Part shown: positions 10,985-19,860 of the stretch, in pieces | How positions within the stretch are numbered: position 1 is the first letter of the stretch | Layout: each line of letters begins with the position of its first letter | Origin: a virus | Direction: 5' to 3' (one strand) | Virus record (IMG/VR): IMGVR_UViG_3300044591_000410 | Location: 4,159-68,158 of that record | DNA: 64,000 bases | The notes under the pieces: generated by a model | What the model was told of the DNA's origin: nothing | What the model saw: only the letters and a program-made list of their open reading frames with translations | The model's database searches: none | Program-made: the position numbers and the translations under genes

Positions 10985-11585
10985 AAAATCAGAACAGATG
11001 CAAAGAGATGCTTGGCTTGCTAAACAATCTAAAGCACAACAGAAAAGAGATACTAGGTCTGCTAAAAAAGCAGAAATAAACGAAGCTAAGGCTGAGTCAA
11101 ATAGAGTAGCTGCTGAAGCTAGAGCACTAAGAGAACAACAACGAGCAGAAGCTAAAAGACTAAGAGAAGAAGAATGGGCTGCTAAAAACCCACAGAAAGC
11201 TGCTGCTCAAGCCGCTAAGCAAGAAGCAGCTAATAAAGCAGCTGCCCAAGCAACTCTTAGAAGAAAAGCCGAAGAAGAGTATCGTAGATTGGAAACAGAA
11301 AAGCTAATAGAAAAATCTAAAGGCTGGAGATACGCTTATGACAAGGCTCAGTTATGGTTGCCTGAATCAGCTAGTAGACCCGGTAAGATTGATTGGAGCA
11401 GAGGAACTAAAGGTACTGGGTTTGGTACATCTGGTGGTTGGCAAGCATTTGATAAACAAACAGGACAAACAAAACAAGGGTTTAACCCAGCTGGTTATAG
11501 CGCTGGTTTAACTAAAAGAAAAGCTCTAGACTATAAGAATAACGAATGGTGGGCTTTTAAATCTAAGTATCCCGGTTCAATGTAA
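10977..11585 (+). CDS. Hypothetical basic coiled-coil protein
   Basis: 202-aa ORF overlapping the previous stop; A/K/E/Q-rich N-terminal half. Confidence 0.7.
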   Translation: MAKKSEQMQRDAWLAKQSKAQQKRDTRSAKKAEINEAKAESNRVAAEARALREQQRAEAKRLREEEWAAKNPQKAAAQAAKQEAANKAAAQATLRRKAEEEYRRLETEKLIEKSKGWRYAYDKAQLWLPESASRPGKIDWSRGTKGTGFGTSGGWQAFDKQTGQTKQGFNPAGYSAGLTKRKALDYKNNEWWAFKSKYPGSM

Positions 11586-11596
11586 AAAAGGTAAAA

Positions 11597-11788
11597 ATGA
11601 AAAAAATGAAACCAAAGGGTAAGGCTGGTAAGGCCGCTGTAGAGCGGCTTGGTCGTACCTATAAGACTGGTGGCTTTGGCAAGATTGCTAGTAAAGCCGC
11701 CAAGAAGTATGGTTCAAAAGCCGCTGGCGAACGAGTAGCCGGGGCTGTGTATTGGGGAATGGTAAAGAAAAAGAAAGGTTCAAAATGA
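11597..11788 (+). CDS. Small basic phage protein
   Basis: AAGG SD; K/A/G-rich, 'KAAKKYGSKAAGERVAGA'. Confidence 0.65.
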   Translation: MKKMKPKGKAGKAAVERLGRTYKTGGFGKIASKAAKKYGSKAAGERVAGAVYWGMVKKKKGSK

Positions 11789-11871
11789 AGAACATGAAAT
11801 CAAAGAAGATGATGTCTAAGGAAATGCCTGTTAAGAAGAAGAAGGTTGCAAAGAAGAAGGGAATGAAGTAA
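11785..11871 (+). CDS. 28-aa Lys/Met-rich peptide (not in ORF track)
   Basis: MKNMKSKKMMSKEMPVKKKKVAKKKGMK; ATGA overlap with the upstream stop; GAAAGG SD. Confidence 0.55.
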   Translation: MKNMKSKKMMSKEMPVKKKKVAKKKGMK

Positions 11872-11872
11872 T

Positions 11873-11983
11873 ATGGAATCATTTATTGGTTCAATCTGGT
11901 TTGCCTGCTTTACATTTGTAGGTGGCTATGTCCTTGGTAATGTCTTTGGCATTGCTGAGCTTGGAAAGGTATTCAAGAAGTGA
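11873..11983 (+). CDS. 36-aa single-TM membrane peptide (not in ORF track)
   Basis: MESFIGSIWFACFTFVGGYVLGNVFGIAELGKVFKK; fills the gap exactly; GTGA overlap with terS. Confidence 0.55.
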   Translation: MESFIGSIWFACFTFVGGYVLGNVFGIAELGKVFKK

Positions 11984-12210
11984 ATACTCCCGAGCTTATC
12001 AACGCCCTCAACCGGGAACTGTTGATGAAGCTCATGGATGATCTAAATGATCCCATGAAGTGCAGCCCCGGTCTGTATACGGTTATCCGAGGGATCATTA
12101 ACGATAACCGGGAAGTCTTAGATTCCATCTCCCACAAGGAGCTGGATACCGTGGAAGAAGCCTTGAAGACCAAGGCTCCCTTCCGATTCAAGTCAGCCGC
12201 CATAGGTTGA
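11980..12210 (+). CDS. Terminase small subunit (T7 gp18-like)
   Basis: Small helical protein with 'CSPGLYTVIRGIINDN' and C-terminal 'PF'; directly before terL. Confidence 0.65.
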   Translation: MNTPELINALNRELLMKLMDDLNDPMKCSPGLYTVIRGIINDNREVLDSISHKELDTVEEALKTKAPFRFKSAAIG

Positions 12211-12349
12211 CTGGCTCCTGTCAAGGGAGTTTCGCTACCAGAGGGGCTAGGATGGCTTAAGTGTCATCCTAGCCTTTTAAGGCGGTCTGGGTAGCCCCCG
12301 GACCAAGGAAGCCCTAGGATTGGCTCTTAGGGGCTAGAAAGAGGTGACC

Positions 12350-14032
12350 ATGCAAGTACCAAAAGAAATGTTAGAGGACTTTAGGAACCATTTATGGGCG
12401 TGCTTTAAGTATTTAGGACTAGGGGAACCTACCCCTGTCCAGTATATTATTGCCCAGAGACTACAGGAGGGCCGTCAGGACTTCCAGTTACAGGCAGGCC
12501 GAGGCTTCGGTAAGTCTGTAATAGCCTCCTGCTTCGTCAGTTGGCTGTTGCTAAAGAATCCCAACAGAACTATTCTGGTTACCTCAGCTACCGCAGATAG
12601 AGCTGCTAAGTTTATTTCTCAGACCCGTAATATCCTACGGCTAGTTCCCTATTGCAAGCATATGGAACCCCAAGACTTTGATAAAGACAATGCTTTTGGT
12701 TTTAATTTACATAACCGGAGTATCTTTAGTCAGGACTTGAATCTAACGGCCAGAGGTATTACAGGTCAGATCACGGGTTTACACGCTGATGATATCATTG
12801 CGGATGACCTAGAGATCCCCGAAAACTCAGATAGCCCCGCATCACGGGAAAAACTGTATAACAAGGTTCAGGAGTTTGAGCAGGTTCGTAATAAAATCCC
12901 TGATGGCAGGGTAATATTCCTAGGTACTCCTCAAACAAAGGATAGTATTTATATTAAATTAAAAGAAAACTATACTATTCTTAAGTTCCCCAGCGAGATG
13001 CCCGATGTTAATATACCCGATGAGTGTGAGGATGTTGATGAATACATCCTAAGTCTAGGCGTAGACGCTGGTGAACCCACACAGCCCGAGCGGTTCTCCA
13101 AGGAAGTACTCAAAAAGGTAGAAGCTAAGATTGGCCCTACCCTTTATGCTTTGAACTACAAGCTTATTACTTCTTTGGCTGACAACAAAAAGTACCCACT
13201 CAGGCTTCAGGATCTAATAGTCATGGATACTTCTCCTGACTTGTTTCCTGAAAAGGTTGTTTGGGCTAATGCTGTGCCAAATAAACGAGTCAATAGCTAC
13301 GGAATGAAAGACGATCTTGTTTATGAACCTATGTGGGTATCTAACAACTTTGTTGAGTACACTCAAAGTGCTATGTTCATTGATCCTTCAGGTCGTGGTG
13401 CAGACGAAACAGCAATTTGTGTAGCATCTACGGTAAATGGTTACATTGTTATCCATGAAATCTTTGGATTACCCGGTGGCTATGACTCAGTAACCTTGGA
13501 AAAGATTGCTAAGGTTTGTCAACAATATGATATTAACCTTATAAGATACGAAAGTAACTTCGGTGATGGTATGTTTGGACAGTTACTAAGGCCCGTTATT
13601 GCAGAAATGTGTGGAGCCGTAGCTGTTGAAGAATATAGAGTAACCGGAGCAAAAGAACGGCGTATTCTTAATATCCTAGAACCAGTAATAGCCCAGCACA
13701 AACTGGTATTTAATACTAAAGCTATCAAAGACCAAGAGACACAAAAGCAAATAACAAGACTAACCGAGCGTCGTGGGGCTTTGAAACACGATGACCGGGT
13801 AGACTGCATTGCTGCTGCTGTGTCATACTGGAGCGATAGCATTGGTATGAATCCTGATACTATTATTGAAAAAAACAAACAAAGAGAACATCAGGATACC
13901 GTTAAAGAATGGCTAAGCAATAAACGAGTTATGGGTTTATTAGGAGAACGAGTGAGTGGTGCTGTTTTATTTAATGGTAAACCTATAAAAGAAAACAAGT
14001 ATAAAACTATTTTCAAAAGGAATAATATATGA
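12350..14032 (+). CDS. terL: Terminase large subunit (T7 gp19-like)
   Basis: Walker A 'QAGRGFGKS', Walker B 'IIADDLE', 'FLGTPQT', nuclease motifs 'IDPSGRGADET' and 'HDDRVD'; ATG chosen from GAGG SD. Confidence 0.97.
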   Translation: MQVPKEMLEDFRNHLWACFKYLGLGEPTPVQYIIAQRLQEGRQDFQLQAGRGFGKSVIASCFVSWLLLKNPNRTILVTSATADRAAKFISQTRNILRLVPYCKHMEPQDFDKDNAFGFNLHNRSIFSQDLNLTARGITGQITGLHADDIIADDLEIPENSDSPASREKLYNKVQEFEQVRNKIPDGRVIFLGTPQTKDSIYIKLKENYTILKFPSEMPDVNIPDECEDVDEYILSLGVDAGEPTQPERFSKEVLKKVEAKIGPTLYALNYKLITSLADNKKYPLRLQDLIVMDTSPDLFPEKVVWANAVPNKRVNSYGMKDDLVYEPMWVSNNFVEYTQSAMFIDPSGRGADETAICVASTVNGYIVIHEIFGLPGGYDSVTLEKIAKVCQQYDINLIRYESNFGDGMFGQLLRPVIAEMCGAVAVEEYRVTGAKERRILNILEPVIAQHKLVFNTKAIKDQETQKQITRLTERRGALKHDDRVDCIAAAVSYWSDSIGMNPDTIIEKNKQREHQDTVKEWLSNKRVMGLLGERVSGAVLFNGKPIKENKYKTIFKRNNI

Positions 14033-14538
14033 TAACTGTTGTAACTGGCATTGGTCCCAGAGTTGGTACTTCTTTTGTTATGAACGAAGCACGGAAAGCT
14101 GGACTACCCATTGCTGGTCACAAGTTTCTTCCTGAATGGACAGTCCCTAAGCATAACCCAGAAGGTTATTGGGATTTAGATCCATTTGAATTCATAGACA
14201 TGTATTATTCAGGTCAGCTGAACAATAAAGTAGTTAAAGCGTGGGGACCACTTCTTGCCCAAATAAGTCCGGGTGCTGTTTTTGGTATAGTGCTTCTTGA
14301 AAGAAAAGACAAGAAAGCCCAGCTAGCCAGCATTAACAAAGTAATGCAGGATGAAAAGCACACAGAAAAAGGCAAAGAGTTTTCTCACTATACAGCCGAA
14401 CAAATTCTAGAGGAACATATAAACGCCATTAACATGGTTAAAATTAACACAGTCCTCAAAGTTTATACAGAAGATTTAAACACAGAAATAGATAAAGTAA
14501 TTAAATTTCTAGAAAGAGGATTTACATGCCAGTACTAA
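14029..14538 (+). CDS. Sulfotransferase-family P-loop protein
   Basis: 'VVTGIGPRVGTS' PAPS-binding-like loop and 'HNPEGYWD' (NPxGYxE/D pattern). Confidence 0.6.
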   Translation: MITVVTGIGPRVGTSFVMNEARKAGLPIAGHKFLPEWTVPKHNPEGYWDLDPFEFIDMYYSGQLNNKVVKAWGPLLAQISPGAVFGIVLLERKDKKAQLASINKVMQDEKHTEKGKEFSHYTAEQILEEHINAINMVKINTVLKVYTEDLNTEIDKVIKFLERGFTCQY

Positions 14539-15206
14539 TAATGGGCGGTCTTGCTCTTGCTAGCGGTGTCATGGGTGCTATTGGTCAGTCAGGCCAAGCT
14601 AAAGCTCAGGCAATGCAGCAGCAAATGCAGCAGGATCAAGCTAACTTTCAAAATCAACTTAAAGTAGACTCAGACAATAGAGCGGTTTTACGCCAGCGTC
14701 TGGGTCAAGAAATGACAAATCTTTCCATCGCTAAGTCCGCAGGTAAGCAGATGGGTTTACAGCAGTTTTATGCAAGGGAGGCTTTGAACAATGCCCGTAG
14801 TCAACTGTCTAAAAACACTCAAGAAGTTAATGCTCAGTTCATGTCAGCTTTATCTTCTAGAGGCATTTCCACAAAGTCAGGAACAGCTAGAGCGTTACTG
14901 CGCCAGAATATCGAAGCAACTGAAGCGAACTCGCTTGCACTACGACTCAACGGCCAAAGACAAATGAAGGATATTGAAACCAATTTCCAAAATGCTTTGG
15001 CACAGCGGCGCAATGATTACATTGAATCACAGGCATTTATTCCAACAACTGGTGGTATTGTAGACGCTAGTAGTTCTGCATTAACTAATGGTTTAATCCA
15101 AGCTGGTCTTGGCACTGCTAGTGCTGGTTTTAGCGCTGGGTTCCAATATGGCGGTAAGGGTGGTGTTGGTTTCGGAAGCGGCGGCTGGAAATTCTTTGGA
15201 GGATAA
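14526..15206 (+). CDS. Internal virion (ejection) protein, gp14-like
   Basis: Gly/Ala hydrophobic N-terminus, Q/A-rich helices, 'SRGISTKSGTA' motif, Gly-rich C-terminus. Confidence 0.75.
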   Translation: MPVLIMGGLALASGVMGAIGQSGQAKAQAMQQQMQQDQANFQNQLKVDSDNRAVLRQRLGQEMTNLSIAKSAGKQMGLQQFYAREALNNARSQLSKNTQEVNAQFMSALSSRGISTKSGTARALLRQNIEATEANSLALRLNGQRQMKDIETNFQNALAQRRNDYIESQAFIPTTGGIVDASSSALTNGLIQAGLGTASAGFSAGFQYGGKGGVGFGSGGWKFFGG

Positions 15207-15207
15207 A

Positions 15208-16236
15208 ATGGATAATATGTTATCCCAATTACAAAAGATTGCTGTTGAAAAAGTGGGAACAAATAATACTTTTGACACAAGCAGTAAAATAACCAGTGAA
15301 CAAGAAACAAATAGCCTTAATGAAATCTTTGATACAGCTAAAGAAATGTATCCACAAGATTTTAAAAAAGCTTCTGAATATGTTTTAAAAACAGTGCAAC
15401 CAAACAAAATGAGTACTAATGGTATTAAAAACTATTGGACAATGTTTGATACAAAGTTTCCAGATTATGCTGATAGTATTAAAACTCAAATCTTAACAAG
15501 TATTAATCAAAACCTAGACAATAAAACCAATGATTCTGAAAAAGAATTTTACTTGCGAGATATTATTACCACGCTACCTAGTTGGGCAGCTGATAATTTT
15601 TACCCAAAACTAGCACAAGTTTCTATGAATGTTGCTAATTCTAATATGTCTAAAGCTACTCAACTCTATAAATCAGAGCTTGATAAAAGAATGGATTCAA
15701 TTAGATATTCTAATTTAGATCCAGAAGTAGCTAACTCAGTGCATGTAGACGATATTCTAAAACTAGAAACCCTTAACATGCTAAACTCAGCTAGAGTTGT
15801 AAATGGAAGAGTTGCTGTAATAACTGAAGATGGTACAATTGTTTTAGCAAATGAACTTAAAGACCGTACTGAAGTATTTGGTAAAACAAATACAGGCTCT
15901 CCTTCTGTTCACGAACAAGTAGAAATAGAAAAACTAAGTAGAGATATAATAACTAAAGCAGTTAATACTAGCTTGTCAAAAACAAGAGAAGAAGTTACAA
16001 AACAAAACAATTCTATTTCTTTTGAAACAAGAATGAATCTTGAAAAAGGAATGTTTACAATTGACGAATGGGATACTGCCTTTTCAACTATAAACACAAC
16101 TAATATAGAAAGTGCAATAACAGCAGGTCTTCGCGGTGAAATCAATGCAGGTAGAGTTAAAACAAATAGAGACTTGCAAGAAACACTTTTTACTGTGTTA
16201 AAGAAATATAAAGATATCCTAGGAGGCAACCAATGA
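15208..16236 (+). CDS. Probable additional internal virion protein
   Basis: GGAGG SD before ATG 15208; lies between the gp14-like and gp15-like genes. Confidence 0.6.
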   Translation: MDNMLSQLQKIAVEKVGTNNTFDTSSKITSEQETNSLNEIFDTAKEMYPQDFKKASEYVLKTVQPNKMSTNGIKNYWTMFDTKFPDYADSIKTQILTSINQNLDNKTNDSEKEFYLRDIITTLPSWAADNFYPKLAQVSMNVANSNMSKATQLYKSELDKRMDSIRYSNLDPEVANSVHVDDILKLETLNMLNSARVVNGRVAVITEDGTIVLANELKDRTEVFGKTNTGSPSVHEQVEIEKLSRDIITKAVNTSLSKTREEVTKQNNSISFETRMNLEKGMFTIDEWDTAFSTINTTNIESAITAGLRGEINAGRVKTNRDLQETLFTVLKKYKDILGGNQ

Positions 16237-19200
16237 ATCCCCTACCACAAATAACCAAACAAACAGACCTAAGAGGCCCACAGGTTTTTGAGCAGCCTAA
16301 ACAACCTCAATTTACCTACACTGAAAGAGTTCCTATTACTCCCACATATCAGTTTAACTATGATATTGGTATAGATTGGGCTTCTTTAGGAAGCGCTGTT
16401 TATAACGCTGGTGCAAATATTTTTAACAGTGTTGCCAAATATCAACTAGAACAGGAAGTAAAAAAATACACAGAAGATGAATTGCCTTTTGATATGGCAC
16501 AAAAAAAGGATATTGAGTATTCCTCTAATCCAGAAGAAAACCAATATAGATTGCGACAAAGACAACAACAGCTTAAAAGCATGGCTATTGAAAGAATGCA
16601 AGCCATTGGATATAATGTTTCCGAGATTGATGATATATTAAATGGCAGGGTTAATGTAACAGATATAAAAGGAAGAAACCAAGTAGGAGATGACTTTGTT
16701 TTAAGATATCTGACAAAACTACAACTAGATGGAATAAGTACTAGTGCTGCTTTAAGAAAACAAGAAAGAACACAGTTTGCAAACTCTTTTGCAAATGCTC
16801 AACAGCTTATTTCAAACCCTCCTACAACATTATCAGTAGAAGAGGCTAAAGCTAGATATGATAGTGTATACTTTGGATTAAGAGATAGTCTTACTGTTAA
16901 TGGTATTGATTCTAGAATCTTAGATAGAAAAGCAGATCCAAAAGAAATTTACAACTATTCTCAAGAACAACAAGACATTATTTCTTCGGCTTTAGCTGTA
17001 AATCAGCAACTTATAGAAGCTAGACAAAAATCAATTAATAGTTTATATGACTATGAAGTATCAAAAGTAGAAACAGATAGTGCTAAAACTGTTGAAAAAG
17101 CTTTTGAAAACCTAACATCAGGCATAACACAAGGAACACTTCCTTATAGTTTACAAGGTTTAAAGGATTTTGAAAAAGCTTTATCTGGTTTTTCAACAAC
17201 ACTTGATGAAGTTACTCGTTTAGAAGAACAAAGAAAAAAGCAACTCAATAGTTCGGTATCCGCTATACTTCCCGATATTAATGATAGAGCAAAACAAAGA
17301 GATAAACAATATACTGATACTACTTATTTCTGGGCAAACAATACAAATAAACTACGACAACTAGAATTAAATATAGTTGAACTAGACTCACAAATAGGTA
17401 AACTTGCTCCTACTGACTTTGAAAAAGCAGACCAACTATTTCAAAAAAGAACCCAGTTAAACGAGCAAAAAACAAAAACACTAGAAGAACTAACCGAAGT
17501 TCCTACAGGCTATCTTACTGAAGAACAAAGAAAAGTACAAGAGCAACTCAAGGCTGTTATAGAAAAAAAAAGACAGGAAGGTTCTGAGACAAGGCTTGAA
17601 GAAATCCTTGGTCAAGAAGTTTCCTCTCAGTTACAAGGTGCTTCAGATAAAGTAACAACATTCTTAAGATTTAGAGAATATGTATTAGCTAACCGTCAGA
17701 GCTTTACAAAGAGTTCTTTCAAAGCTGAAGCAGAAAAACTAGGTTTAACAGAAACATTTGGAGACTTGGTAAAACAATACTCTCAAGACTTTCCAGAAAA
17801 ACTTGGAGATAAGCTAGCAGATTCGTTGGCTTTATTACGAAGCGATGTTGAGCAGAATCTTGTTAAAACATTGATTAATACTTATCAAGGTATTTCTGAA
17901 ACTGGCACAGAACTTAGTAAACAAGTTGCACTTCAAGTAGCTGGTAGATTAGCTTCTTCAAAAGCTACCACAACAAGCGGTCAAACAGGTATTGCAAACG
18001 GTGTTACTAGTGGGTTAGATAAAGTAAATACACAAGAACTATTATTTGGTGCTATAGCCGGAAGACCTATTGAAGATCCTTCAAAAGTATCCACACATTC
18101 TAGAACAGAGTTTACTAATGGAGGTAGGGATCCTTCTTCATTAGGCTGGGTACAATTACCTGTAGTTGATGAAGCAACTTTAAAAGAAAGTGCTCAGCTA
18201 TTAAGCCAAGACTCTGCAAAAAAAGCATTAGTTGAAACAGTACTAGCAAATCCTTCTGCTTTAAATGCAGGTGGATTAGATAAGCATATTGAAGCTGTAA
18301 GAACCCTACAAAGAAAATACGAACAGGGTAGTAGTTCTTATTTAACAGCAGAACAATACATTCTTGATCTTACTATATTAAAAAGTTTGTTACCTCCACC
18401 CGGTCAACTTAGAGTTGGTAGAGAAAGAACAACACAAACAGTTTTACAGGAATGGAAAAAAGCCAGAGAAGATTACAATACTACTGTCAATATCCTACAA
18501 GGTATCGGGTTACAGGCAGAACCGGACAATGAGCAGGTTAAAAAACTAACAACTGTTCGGGATCTTATGATTGCTTTTGCTACAAAGAGTGAGTTTGAGG
18601 ACTTACCTGTTGGTTCAACCTCAGCTGGAGCTGCTTTTGAAACTTATGCTGAGGCTTTAAATGCAGATTATTTTTTTGACTCAACACAAGCAAACGCTCT
18701 TTCTGCAATGCAAATGGATGTATTGACACCTATTGGAATTGCTATAGCGACAGCAGGACCAAACGCTACAGCTGAAGAAATAGTTAATAACGCCTTCCTT
18801 GTTGCCTCCAACTATGGCTGGACAATGGCTGGAAGAAGACCACTTAAAAAACTTCAATTTTCAGACGAAGAAATAGTTTCAACTCCTACAAGAGATTTAA
18901 CAGGATCAACCCAACCGGGAGAAGTTTTTTCTTATTTAGATAGACAAGAAAATACAGTAGGCCCAGTAACAAGTGTTTATTCTTATTTAGGTGGTTTAAA
19001 AGCAAGGCAACCAAAACCAGGTTTATTTACTAAAGATGGTATGCCTATGGTTTCTAAAGAATTGTTTGAACTATCAGATGCTTTAAAAGTTGTATCAGAC
19101 TTTTCATATTCGGATGGTTTAACAGACGAAGTTTTAAGAAACGATAAAACTAACTTCCCCGTTTTAGAAGCTTTATTTAATGGTCAGTTTGACAACCCCG

Positions 19201-19850
19201 TTATTTCAAGTTGGGTTTCAGCTATTAAGAGTGAAGATATTATAAAATCTAGACAAGCTTTTATAAACCGTGTAAAAAAAGAGGGGGGCTTAACAGGTGT
19301 TCATTTGGCAGAGTGGGGTTTAAATCTATATCAACAAGATATAATAAACCTACCACCAACAGAACAAGCAGCATTGCTTGTATGGCGACCTTTTATATCT
19401 TACACAGGCTCTTGGGAATTAGATGATCCTAACACAGTGGATGTTTCCAAAACACCTTTTAGAGATCTTGTAGACACTAATGGAACCGTCGTTGGCTATA
19501 GTGCATCCCCAACAGACGGAGCGTTTGTAAACTTACGACATCCTGTATTAAATAAACTAAACAGAACAATAGTATTACCACAAAGAGATAACACTATTTA
19601 CGGCCCATATAGTAATAACCGTTTACATGCCGTTGATGGTTCTCGTTTATTTCAAGATGTTATAGAACACGGTTTAGAAAGAAATATTCTTATTTCAGAA
19701 AGACCTAATAGCATATACTTTCAAAGATTACAAGACAAAACTAACTTTGGAAGAACTGCGCCACCCAATCCTAATTTATTCTATGAGTATATAAAAAAAG
19801 GTATAGTTACTCCTGAAGAAGTATATACAGGTTTATACATTAACCGATAA
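16233..19850 (+). CDS. Internal virion protein, gp15-like
   Basis: 1205 aa, helical; syntenic position; GGAGG SD. Confidence 0.65.
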   Translation: MNPLPQITKQTDLRGPQVFEQPKQPQFTYTERVPITPTYQFNYDIGIDWASLGSAVYNAGANIFNSVAKYQLEQEVKKYTEDELPFDMAQKKDIEYSSNPEENQYRLRQRQQQLKSMAIERMQAIGYNVSEIDDILNGRVNVTDIKGRNQVGDDFVLRYLTKLQLDGISTSAALRKQERTQFANSFANAQQLISNPPTTLSVEEAKARYDSVYFGLRDSLTVNGIDSRILDRKADPKEIYNYSQEQQDIISSALAVNQQLIEARQKSINSLYDYEVSKVETDSAKTVEKAFENLTSGITQGTLPYSLQGLKDFEKALSGFSTTLDEVTRLEEQRKKQLNSSVSAILPDINDRAKQRDKQYTDTTYFWANNTNKLRQLELNIVELDSQIGKLAPTDFEKADQLFQKRTQLNEQKTKTLEELTEVPTGYLTEEQRKVQEQLKAVIEKKRQEGSETRLEEILGQEVSSQLQGASDKVTTFLRFREYVLANRQSFTKSSFKAEAEKLGLTETFGDLVKQYSQDFPEKLGDKLADSLALLRSDVEQNLVKTLINTYQGISETGTELSKQVALQVAGRLASSKATTTSGQTGIANGVTSGLDKVNTQELLFGAIAGRPIEDPSKVSTHSRTEFTNGGRDPSSLGWVQLPVVDEATLKESAQLLSQDSAKKALVETVLANPSALNAGGLDKHIEAVRTLQRKYEQGSSSYLTAEQYILDLTILKSLLPPPGQLRVGRERTTQTVLQEWKKAREDYNTTVNILQGIGLQAEPDNEQVKKLTTVRDLMIAFATKSEFEDLPVGSTSAGAAFETYAEALNADYFFDSTQANALSAMQMDVLTPIGIAIATAGPNATAEEIVNNAFLVASNYGWTMAGRRPLKKLQFSDEEIVSTPTRDLTGSTQPGEVFSYLDRQENTVGPVTSVYSYLGGLKARQPKPGLFTKDGMPMVSKELFELSDALKVVSDFSYSDGLTDEVLRNDKTNFPVLEALFNGQFDNPVISSWVSAIKSEDIIKSRQAFINRVKKEGGLTGVHLAEWGLNLYQQDIINLPPTEQAALLVWRPFISYTGSWELDDPNTVDVSKTPFRDLVDTNGTVVGYSASPTDGAFVNLRHPVLNKLNRTIVLPQRDNTIYGPYSNNRLHAVDGSRLFQDVIEHGLERNILISERPNSIYFQRLQDKTNFGRTAPPNPNLFYEYIKKGIVTPEEVYTGLYINR

Positions 19851-19860
19851 AGGAGATTAA

